Assembly (NCBI RefSeq): GCF_002105155.1 | Contig: NW_019028996.1 | Location: 726,915 to 746,914, forward strand | Source of the DNA: Lobosporangium transversale | Taxonomy: Eukaryota | Direction: 5' to 3' | DNA length: 20,000 nt | Shown here: positions 11,507 to 20,000 of the stretch, piece after piece | How positions within the stretch are numbered: the stretch's first letter is position 1 | Layout of the letters: every line of letters starts with the position of its first letter | Made by a program: the position numbers and the translations under genes | Notes under the pieces: model-generated | Databases searched by the model: none | Seen by the model: the letters and a program-made list of their open reading frames with translations, nothing else | What the model was told of the DNA's origin: nothing

Positions 11507-11640
11507 GACATATATAGTTTTCTAAATAAGAGTAAAAGTATCTCTCAAAACTAGCAAATCAAATAAAACTTTTTACAATACAACTCTGAACCAGGGTTAT
11601 GAACTATATCACCCCTACCACTTCACAATTCAAACCACCA

Positions 11641-11807
11641 CGCTCCTATTCGAATCATTCGAACCATTCGACACTCGAACCATTCGAACCATTCGAACCA
11701 TTCGACACTCGAACTATTCGAACCATTCGAACCATTGGAATCGAACCAGGATATGGCTTATTCGAAGCTATTCGAATTCGAACCGTTCGATTCGAATAGG
11801 AGCACTG
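11641..11807. repeat. hAT right subterminal repeat array and TIR
   Basis: CCATTCGAA-type repeats ending in TTCGAATAGGAGCACTG; GAACCAGGATATGGCTTAT is shared with the MITE right end. Confidence 0.85.
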
Positions 11808-13694
11808 AGTAGGTGTAGCCTCCGAGTCCTTGAGGTCCGGTCTTCGTGAAAGAGCATCAGGGACGACGTTATCTTTACCAGGTTTATACTTGAATACGAA
11901 ATCATACTCTTGAAGCAACTCCATCCATCTTGCTTGTCTGCGAGTCAAGTTCGGCTGGCTAGGAAAATGTTGTAGAGTGGCATGGTCGGTATAAACGACA
12001 AAGTGAGAACCATCAAGGTAGTATCGCCATGTCTTCAGAGCATGCACCACAGCCAGCAGTTCTTGTTCGTGTGTAGGATAGTTGCGTTCCGCTGGGTTGA
12101 GCTTGCGTGAAGTAAAAGCTACTGGTCGTGATTCACCATTTTGGTCCGTCTGGAACAAGACAGCACCAATTGCAAAGCCTGAAGCGTCTGTTTCGACTGC
12201 TGTAGAGAGGGCAGGATCGAATATCCTAAGAACTGGTGCTGAGCTCACTGCTCTTTTCAAAGTCTCAAAGGCGTCTTGTTGAGATTTTCCCCAGTGGAAT
12301 TCCTTATTGCAGCCTAACAATTGTGTGAGGGGAAGAGCAATATCAGCGTAATGAGAAATGTACTGATGGTAAAAATTAGTCAAACCAAGGAATTGCATCA
12401 CATGTCGTTGGGTTGTTGGTACTGGCCATTCCCTTATTGCCTTGACAAGTCCGCCATTCGTCTTGAGTCCATCCTTGGATATGACATGGCCTAGGAACTC
12501 AGTCTCTTCCTGCATGAAGGAATACTTGGATAATTTACAATAAAGCCCAGCTTGACGCAAGAGGGAGAGTACTTTTCGGATGTGCTCTAAGTGATCTTTC
12601 TCGTTATCGGAGTAAATTAAAATATCATCGAGATACACAACAACACATTTATCAAGAAGTGGATCAAGTACGTTACGCATCATAGTCGAGAACGCTGCAG
12701 GTGCATTTGTAAGACCGAAAGGTACGACGTTAAACTCGTAGTGGCCATAGCGAGTTCGGAACGCGGTCTTGTGTTTATCATCAGGATGGACACGCATTTG
12801 ATGATAGCCCGAGAGTAGATCCAGCTTGGTAAAACATTTAGCTGTTCTGAATCTGTCGATCAATTCATCGATCCGTGGTAAGGGGTACCTGTTTTTCTTT
12901 GTGATCTTGTTCAGGCCCCGATAATCAACACACATTCGAAGCGAGCCATCCTTTTTCTTCACAAAGAGGACTGGAGCACCGTATGGTGAGGTGCTCGGTG
13001 AGATTAATCCTTTTTGTAAAAGATCAGTTAGTGCAAGCGAAATCACTCTAATAATTATGTGCAACATAGTATTTCGCCCATATTTCTAGAGCATTCCTTG
13101 CAACAGGATATTAACTAGTATAAATAGGTCTACTTTCTATCTAGTTCTGTAGCATAGTTCCCCTGAATAAAGATACCTTTATTGCACCCTTAGATCCCCC
13201 TAGAACACTACCTTGACTTTTGCAGTTAGCTGCTTCTTCAGTTCATCAAGCTCAGCGATCGACAATCTGATGACAGGTCGGACAGGTGGGTCAGCATAAG
13301 GGTCAGTCTCTATACGCATGCTATCACCTCTGTCAGGGGGAAGGCCATCAGGAAGCGTTGTAGGAAAGACATCAGGGAATTCGACTTGAACGATTTGCTT
13401 GATAGAGTCCGGTAGTTCAGAACTACTGCTAGAGACAGGTACTGGAACTCGAACTTGGGCGAGGAATACAGAGGCATCAGGTTCCGAGGCAACGGTAAGG
13501 AAGTTAAGAGCAGATATGACGGAAGATCGCTGTCTAGGCTTCCTGTCGATGCCAGTGCAAGGCCACAAGACCGGGGTACCTTGGTATTCAAAATGCAGAT
13601 CATTTGTTCGCCAATTGATGCGAGGGTTGATATCCGTCAGCCATGGTTTACCCAAAATTAGGTCGTATTTGGATAGAGGATAAACAATGGCGTT
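11808..13694 (-). pseudogene. pol: Inverted duplicate of Gypsy pol segment 1757-3644 (end of protease, RT, RNase H)
   Basis: Reverse complement of 1757-3644. Same protein apart from L>S near the end, and the same solo-LTR insertion with a 1-bp deletion. Confidence 0.95.
13032..13224 (+). mobile_element. Duplicated copy of the solo LTR (193 bp)
   Basis: TGCAAGCG...TTTTGCA flanked by GTTAG TSD, at the same site in pol as 2227-2420. Confidence 0.93.
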
Positions 13695-13695
13695 T

Positions 13696-14140
13696 GATAA
13701 GTAGGATGGGTTTTTTTGTGAAAAAGTGGAAAAAGTGACTGAGAGTGAGAAAGAAGACTGCGGGACAAGTGCTTGTTTCGATCTTTTCTCTTCAGCCTTG
13801 TCTTCTTTTTATACTTTTTTCACGCCTCTCGGACTCTCGGGAGAGAGGGTGAACGGTAACCCAAAAAGGAATCATTATCCAAATCGGGTCTCATCCGGAA
13901 ACTCCTAGATTGTTTCAGATTGAGTCAGTTATGACGTAAGATCTAAAATTAATCTAAGTATAGATTACAAATAATTTATCCGAACGGTTAGACTAAAAAA
14001 GGAAGGTCTAAGTCCGAAAAAATCCTAGGATATATGTATCATTTCCGTGGTACGCGTCGACCTAGCAAACAGGTTTATTTGGAGCCAGCAAACCAGTTAT
14101 TTGTGGCTTTCTACTCCTTAACTAGGGTCACGTGACAAAA
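13696..14140 (-). repeat. Penelope-like terminal repeat (pLTR) copy 1, 5'-truncated element
   Basis: About 445-bp unit essentially identical at 14284-14728, 17863-18307 and 18455-18900. Confidence 0.88.
13750..13808 (-). ncRNA. Type I hammerhead ribozyme, copy 1
   Basis: Minus strand: AAAGAAGAC-AA-GG-CUGAAGA-GAAAAGAUC-GAAA-CAAG-CA-CUUG-UC/CC-GCA-GUCUUCUUU. Complete core, three stems, GUC cleavage triplet (predicted cut between 13764 and 13763). Confidence 0.85.
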
Positions 14141-14283
14141 TTTATTTTTAGGTATCTATTTTTAGGGTCTATTTTTAGGGTTTTTTAGGGTTTTTTAGGG
14201 TTTTTTAGGGTTTTTAGGGTTTTTTAGGGTTTTTTAGGGTTTTTAGGGTTTTTTAGGGTTTTTTAGGGTTTTTTAGGGTTTTT
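14141..14283 (+). repeat. Telomere-like repeat tract, mostly pure T5-6AGGG
   Basis: About 10 tandem TTTTT(T)AGGG units after two degenerate units. Confidence 0.85.
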
Positions 14284-14337
14284 GATAAGTAGGATGGGTT
14301 TTTTTGTGAAAAAGTGGAAAAAGTGACTGAGAGTGAG

Positions 14338-14396
14338 AAAGAAGACTGCGGGACAAGTGCTTGTTTCGATCTTTTCTCTTCAGCCTTGTCTTCTTT
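14338..14396 (-). ncRNA. Type I hammerhead ribozyme, copy 2
   Basis: Identical to 13750-13808. Confidence 0.85.
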
Positions 14397-14728
14397 TTAT
14401 ACTTTTTTCACGCCTCTCGGACTCTCGGGAGAGAGGGTGAACGGTAACCCAAAAAGGAATCATTATCCAAATCGGGTCTCATCCGGAAACTCCTAGATTG
14501 TTTCAGATTGAGTCAGTTATGACGTAAGATCTAAAATTAATCTAAGTATAGATTACAAATAATTTATCCGAACGGTTAGACTAAAAAAGGAAGGTCTAAG
14601 TCCGAAAAAATCCTAGGATATATGTATCATTTCCGTGGTACGCGTCGACCTAGCAAACAGGTTTATTTGGAGCCAGCAAACCAGTTATTTGTGGCTTTCT
14701 ACTCCTTAACTAGGGTCACGTGACAAAA

Positions 14729-14837
14729 TTTATTTTTAGGTATCTATTTTTAGGGTCTATTTTTAGGGTTCTATTTTAGGGTTTTTTTAGGGTTATTTTT
14801 AGGGTTTTCTTTTAGGGTTATTTTTAGGGTTAGGGTC
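14729..14837 (+). repeat. Element-encoded degenerate telomere-like tract
   Basis: TTATTTTTAGGG/TCTATTTTTAGGG variants; same sequence at 18901-19009. Confidence 0.8.
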
Positions 14838-14991
14838 AAGGAGGGTCAGCTCTGGCCTATACCATGAACCTGAGAAAACTCCTAAAAAATCTAAAGAAAA
14901 CTTACTAAGTCTAAAAAACCGGACCTATTTTGTCGGGGATGAGGGCTAGTTATAATATAAGATACAGAAGAGATCTCATTGAACTAGTCAT

Positions 14992-16497
14992 CTACAATCG
15001 ACTCCTTATTGGGGCGGATTGGAGAATCTTTTTATTATAGGTGTTCAACTGGTTGCGCAGGTTGGAGCCTTTATAAATTATCCATGTGGTTTGTGTATTC
15101 TCATAACGGGCAGGTTTGAGGGTATGGATATCTCGTAGAATCATACGTCCAAACTGTTCAAGTTTGTCACGTCCAGGGATGTTATGGAGGAACATTTTTT
15201 TGATAATAGTATCATTTTTCTGAGACGAGGGTGCCGGGTACAAAAGAGTATTCCGTTCATCGTATGAGTGTAATCTGAGTTGATTGTTGATTACATGTGA
15301 GGGGTAGTTTCTATTAAGAAGATGTTGGGCAAATTGTGCTGTGGCATGGGTGTGGAAAGAAGACTGACTAGAGTTTCTAATTAGTCTTTGGTTTTCACCA
15401 TTAATCCAGTTAAAAACATATTTCCTAGGGTAGTATGTATCTGGATCAGTGTATAGGTGTTTATTAACGGGTTTGTCGAAAGGAGCAATAGTAAATCGGG
15501 TTGGACTAGTATTGTTATCGACAGAAATAAGAAGGTCGAGCATAACTACTTGTTGACCATTGTTACCATGGTCGATAGTGATATTAAGACTTTGACAAGA
15601 GGCATAAATCTGATGAAGTTTAATGTCAATGTATGGTTTCAAAAGATTGAATGTCTCTTTAGACCAGGGAAGGTTATCATGTTTGGTAGTTCTGATTATG
15701 GCAAAGCCATCATCTATATACCGGAACAGGGTGATGTCAAAGAAATCGAGTTTATAGAAAAACATTGGGGAATTAGTGTCAACTGGAAGGTTGTCAGGAA
15801 AAACTCCATGGAATTGTTGTTGTTTCTCTACGCAGCATGCAAAGAGGCGGGCTATGGTGGGTGCCATGGGAGTTCCCATAGCTAAGCCTTTGACTTGTCT
15901 GTAATTATTTGTAAGGTCAGAGACAAGGCAGTTCTTATTAACCCATTCTGCGAGTTTCAGACATATTTGGATTTCATAATTGTAAGAATGATTGCAGAAG
16001 TAGTGTAGTATGGTTTTTCTGGCTTCTTCAAAGTCGATGTTACCATACATGTTGATGACGTCGAAAGCTGCTAATGAGTAATGGCAGTAAGGATCAAAGT
16101 CAAAATTTTCTAGATAACGTATTAGTGTGGGGGTGTCGGGAAGATCTCTAGGGAACTCATTAAGTAGAGGGCGCAGGTTTCTATCGACAAACTGACTAAT
16201 AGTGTGTGTTATCCAAGGGAAAGAGGGGACTATAGGTCTAGCACCGGGTGGTGACTTATGTATTTTAGGTAAAAGATACATAACTGGGACAGTATAGAAG
16301 TTAGGATTGGTTCTAACATTATCTCTTATTAGTTTAGCTTCTGAGAGTAATTTATTTTTAATTCTAAGAGGACTAAGATTGACTATAGAAAAGAGTGAGT
16401 TTATCATATTGTCAATGGAGAACGAAGGGCACGGGACATAACAGGAAGTATCTGTTAGAAGTTTCGTAGTCTGGGATGTATACCAGTCTAGGTCCAT
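14992..16497 (-). CDS. Penelope-like reverse transcriptase, no endonuclease domain
   Basis: LPKIHK...ARPIV, AFDVINMYGNI, YRQVKGLAMGTPMAP, RYIDDGF, FDKPVN. Ends after NLRNQL with no GIY-YIG. Its N-terminus (LNKGVNF, ADK) lies upstream across frameshifts. Confidence 0.92.
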   Translation of the reverse strand: MDLDWYTSQTTKLLTDTSCYVPCPSFSIDNMINSLFSIVNLSPLRIKNKLLSEAKLIRDNVRTNPNFYTVPVMYLLPKIHKSPPGARPIVPSFPWITHTISQFVDRNLRPLLNEFPRDLPDTPTLIRYLENFDFDPYCHYSLAAFDVINMYGNIDFEEARKTILHYFCNHSYNYEIQICLKLAEWVNKNCLVSDLTNNYRQVKGLAMGTPMAPTIARLFACCVEKQQQFHGVFPDNLPVDTNSPMFFYKLDFFDITLFRYIDDGFAIIRTTKHDNLPWSKETFNLLKPYIDIKLHQIYASCQSLNITIDHGNNGQQVVMLDLLISVDNNTSPTRFTIAPFDKPVNKHLYTDPDTYYPRKYVFNWINGENQRLIRNSSQSSFHTHATAQFAQHLLNRNYPSHVINNQLRLHSYDERNTLLYPAPSSQKNDTIIKKMFLHNIPGRDKLEQFGRMILRDIHTLKPARYENTQTTWIIYKGSNLRNQLNTYNKKILQSAPIRSRL

Positions 16498-16811
16498 AAT
16501 AGTGAGTCCTAAGTTTTTTATCAGCAGGGAATGATAATTTATTCGAGGTCATTAGATTTCTGTAGGATTTTTTTTTTTTTTTTATTAATTATGGTTTGTA
16601 GCATCGAACAGAACATTAGCTAGATTAATATCTAGTTTATTAATATTCCTACAAAGTTGGTTACGCAATTTCTTTAGTTCTGAGCTCAGAACAACATAGT
16701 TGGGAGGTTTATGTATATTGAAATTGACTCCTTTATTTAAGACTTGAAGAATATCATGGGGGATGGATTGTACGGAAGACATATTGTTGACTCCGACAAA
16801 ATCATGTAAAT

Positions 16812-17838
16812 CTACTTTTTTTGTTTCTGAGGGGATGGGGCTTTTTTCACGGGGCCTTTTCCTTTCTTTACATGGGTGGTTTTCTTGGAGGACGTTGGGG
16901 GACCACCTTTCTTCTTGTCTTTCTTCGCCATCGATGGGCCTTTTGGTCCTTTGTATTTGTTGGTGTCGTTCTGTCGACGTGATGGCTTGGGTTTGCTTGG
17001 CTTCTTCTTCGAGGCGTCCTTCTTGGTATTCTAGAGGGAAAGTAGAGTTGATCTTAGAATAGATTATATTTAATCGTGGAGCAAACCAAAGGGAAACAAT
17101 TATCTTGAATACCTTTAATCCAAGATTTAATTGCTGGAATTCTGCAGTGGCTCGTAATACTTGCACTTGAGCAGAAAACTCAATAGCAGTGGCACGAATC
17201 AGCTTGTAGGTGAAGTCTTTACCCAGATTATTCAGATGAGAATTGTTTTCAACGGCCACAAGGGCAGATGAAAGGGTGTCCGCTAGCTGTCTGGGGAGGG
17301 TGTCATTGAGTTCACTTTGGCATTGTTGGATGATATTTGCTTTGTCAGCTTTAATGGCCGATACTAACAAATTGTCAAACGAAGTGCTAAGTGTAGCAAG
17401 GACGTCCTTTGACAGGGTAACACGGTTATTGTTGACAGTAAGATGTCCCCAATAGCCTAGTTGTGTCTTAGCGTTGACTTCACGCAGAATCTTCTGAGCC
17501 ATTCGGATTTTATCCAAAAGAATGGCCGCCTTATTGACAAATTTGCTTAAGATGTCTGCGGCAACCCTGTCAGTCATCGTTCCCTTTTTGAAAGAGGGAA
17601 GATAGGAACCAGGGTTCAGAGAGGTGTCACTATTCCCAATATGATTATTGAGACGAGCGACGAGCTGCTCGAGGGTGGGAAGGTCTGCCGGTGCAGTCCC
17701 TCCTCCCATCTCGGCATCGGCATCGATCATAGCCTGACCTGGAACTTGTTGACCTGGGGTGACTTGGAAGACATCCTGGTTTCCACGGGCAGAGCTTGAC
17801 GATGAGGAGGGGCCGGGGGCAGCGTGAGTATTGACCAT
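16812..17838 (-). CDS. PLE ORF1 (predicted spliced, 314 aa, helical with Lys-rich tail); unspliced frame continues to 16585
   Basis: ATG at 17838 just downstream of the pLTR. Predicted intron 17112-17031 (GTATTC...CTAAG...CTCTAG) gives NTKKDASKKKPSKPK...KQKK-stop. Confidence 0.7.
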
Positions 17839-17916
17839 CTTGAGAGGAACTTGAGGGTTTTTGATAAGTAGGATGGGTTTTTTTGTGAAAAAGTGGAAAA
17901 AGTGACTGAGAGTGAG

Positions 17917-17975
17917 AAAGAAGACTGCGGGACAAGTGCTTGTTTCGATCTTTTCTCTTCAGCCTTGTCTTCTTT
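17917..17975 (-). ncRNA. Type I hammerhead ribozyme, copy 3 (in the ORF1 leader)
   Basis: Identical to copy 1; predicted cut about 90 nt upstream of the ORF1 ATG. Confidence 0.85.
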
Positions 17976-18307
17976 TTATACTTTTTTCACGCCTCTCGGA
18001 CTCTCGGGAGAGAGGGTGAACGGTAACCCAAAAAGGAATCATTATCCAAATCGGGTCTCATCCGGAAACTCCTAGATTGTTTCAGATTGAGTCAGTTATG
18101 ACGTAAGATCTAAAATTAATCTAAGTATAGATTACAAATAATTTATCCGAACGGTTAGACTAAAAAAGGAAGGTCTAAGTCCGAAAAAATCCTAGGATAT
18201 ATGTATCATTTCCGTGGTACGCGTCGACCTAGCAAACAGGTTTATTTGGAGCCAGCAAACCAGTTATTTGTGGCTTTCTACTCCTTAACTAGGGTCACGT
18301 GACAAAA

Positions 18308-18454
18308 TTTATTTTTAGGTATCTATTTTTAGGGTCTATTTTTAGGGTTCTATTTTAGGGTTTTTTTTAGGGTTATTTTTTAGGGTTTTTTTTAGGGTTA
18401 TTTTTAGGGTATAGGGTTTTTTTATTTTTAGGGTTATTTTTAGGGTTATTTTAG
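18308..18454 (+). repeat. Telomere-like tract (TTATTTTTAGGG-rich) between tandem elements
   Basis: Starts like 14729-14837, then diverges into additional TTATTTTTAGGG units. Confidence 0.8.
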
Positions 18455-20000
18455 GATAAGTAGGATGGGTTTTTTTTGTGAAAAAGTGGAAAAAGTGACT
18501 GAGAGTGAGAAAGAAGACTGCGGGACAAGTGCTTGTTTCGATCTTTTCTCTTCAGCCTTGTCTTCTTTTTATACTTTTTTCACGCCTCTCGGACTCTCGG
18601 GAGAGAGGGTGAACGGTAACCCAAAAAGGAATCATTATCCAAATCGGGTCTCATCCGGAAACTCCTAGATTGTTTCAGATTGAGTCAGTTATGACGTAAG
18701 ATCTAAAATTAATCTAAGTATAGATTACAAATAATTTATCCGAACGGTTAGACTAAAAAAGGAAGGTCTAAGTCCGAAAAAATCCTAGGATATATGTATC
18801 ATTTCCGTGGTACGCGTCGACCTAGCAAACAGGTTTATTTGGAGCCAGCAAACCAGTTATTTGTGGCTTTCTACTCCTTAACTAGGGTCACGTGACAAAA
18901 TTTATTTTTAGGTATCTATTTTTAGGGTCTATTTTTAGGGTTCTATTTTAGGGTTTTTTTAGGGTTATTTTTAGGGTTTTCTTTTAGGGTTATTTTTAGG
19001 GTTAGGGTCAAGGAGGGTCAGCTCTGGCCTATACCATGAACCTGAGAAAACTCCTAAAAAATCTAAAGAAAACTTACTAAGTCTAAAAAACCGGACCTAT
19101 TTTGTCGGGGATGAGGGCTAGTTATAATATAAGATACAGAAGAGATCTCATTGAACTAGTCATCTACAATCGACTCCTTATTGGGGCGGATTGGAGAATC
19201 TTTTTATTATAGGTGTTCAACTGGTTGCGCAGGTTGGAGCCTTTATAAATTATCCATGTGGTTTGTGTATTCTCATAACGGGCAGGTTTGAGGGTATGGA
19301 TATCTCGTAGAATCATACGTCCAAACTGTTCAAGTTTGTCACGTCCAGGGATGTTATGGAGGAACATTTTTTTGATAATAGTATCATTTTTCTGAGACGA
19401 GGGTGCCGGGTACAAAAGAGTATTCCGTTCATCGTATGAGTGTAATCTGAGTTGATTGTTGATTACATGTGAGGGGTAGTTTCTATTAAGAAGATGTTGG
19501 GCAAATTGTGCTGTGGCATGGGTGTGGAAAGAAGACTGACTAGAGTTTCTAATTAGTCTTTGGTTTTCACCATTAATCCAGTTAAAAACATATTTCCTAG
19601 GGTAGTATGTATCTGGATCAGTGTATAGGTGTTTATTAACGGGTTTGTCGAAAGGAGCAATAGTAAATCGGGTTGGACTAGTATTGTTATCGACAGAAAT
19701 AAGAAGGTCGAGCATAACTACTTGTTGACCATTGTTACCATGGTCGATAGTGATATTAAGACTTTGACAAGAGGCATAAATCTGATGAAGTTTAATGTCA
19801 ATGTATGGTTTCAAAAGATTGAATGTCTCTTTAGACCAGGGAAGGTTATCATGTTTGGTAGTTCTGATTATGGCAAAGCCATCATCTATATACCGGAACA
19901 GGGTGATGTCAAAGAAATCGAGTTTATAGAAAAACATTGGGGAATTAGTGTCAACTGGAAGGTTGTCAGGAAAAACTCCATGGAATTGTTGTTGTTTCTC
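18455..20000 (-). mobile_element. Next tandem copy of the Penelope-like element (pLTR, 3' UTR, RT C-terminal half; runs off window)
   Basis: Repeats 14284-15828 at about +4172; RT C-terminus 19164-20000 encodes the same protein. Confidence 0.92.
18510..18568 (-). ncRNA. Type I hammerhead ribozyme, copy 4
   Basis: Identical to copy 1. Confidence 0.85.

Larger units (their letters stand above)
5807..11807 (+). mobile_element. hAT superfamily DNA transposon with nested insertions
   Basis: TIRs CAGTGCTCCTATTCGAA / TTCGAATAGGAGCACTG, TTCGAA-rich subterminal arrays and a hAT transposase. Flanks AGATCGAG vs AGTAGGTG do not form a TSD. Confidence 0.9.
14284..18454 (-). mobile_element. Endonuclease-deficient Penelope-like retroelement (Athena/Coprina-like), complete unit
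   Basis: On the + strand: pLTR, telomere-like tract, 3' UTR, RT, ORF1, pLTR, telomere-like tract. PLE-type RT with no GIY-YIG; the sense strand carries the C-rich telomeric repeats. Confidence 0.88.

Noticed and set aside
11160..11807. Classical double-Ds structure
   Set aside because: The inner MITE is in the same orientation as the outer hAT (shared right-end sequence), not inverted as in double Ds.
13726..13908. Repeated 60-aa ORF MEKVTESE... (4 copies)
   Set aside because: GTG start, antisense to the hammerhead-bearing pLTR, no protein features.
14992..16497. RT as telomerase (TERT), group II intron or retron
   Set aside because: Too short, no recognisable TERT T-motif, multicopy in tandem with terminal repeats; motifs are PLE-type.

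Overview
Eukaryotic (probably fungal) transposon-dense, apparently subtelomeric DNA with no recognisable host gene. Left to right: (1) a full-length Ty3/Gypsy chromovirus (78-5363; 195-bp LTRs, CGCGT TSD) whose pol is interrupted by an antisense solo LTR of its own family. (2) A hAT DNA transposon (5807-11807) with an intron-containing transposase, carrying three nested insertions: a foreign solo LTR, a same-family hAT MITE, and an intact Tc1-like element with a DD39E spacing that landed inside the MITE's TSD. (3) A near-identical inverted duplicate of Gypsy 1757-3644 that starts exactly at the hAT right end. (4) From 13695, a head-to-tail array of an endonuclease-less Penelope-like (Athena/Coprina-type) retroelement on the minus strand, interleaved with T5-6AGGG-type telomere-like repeats. 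Each of its four terminal repeats carries a type I hammerhead ribozyme, and ORF1 has a putative intron plus a -1 slippery site leading into the RT frame. The overall architecture suggests hAT-induced chromosome breakage healed by a telomere-targeting retroelement (inference).
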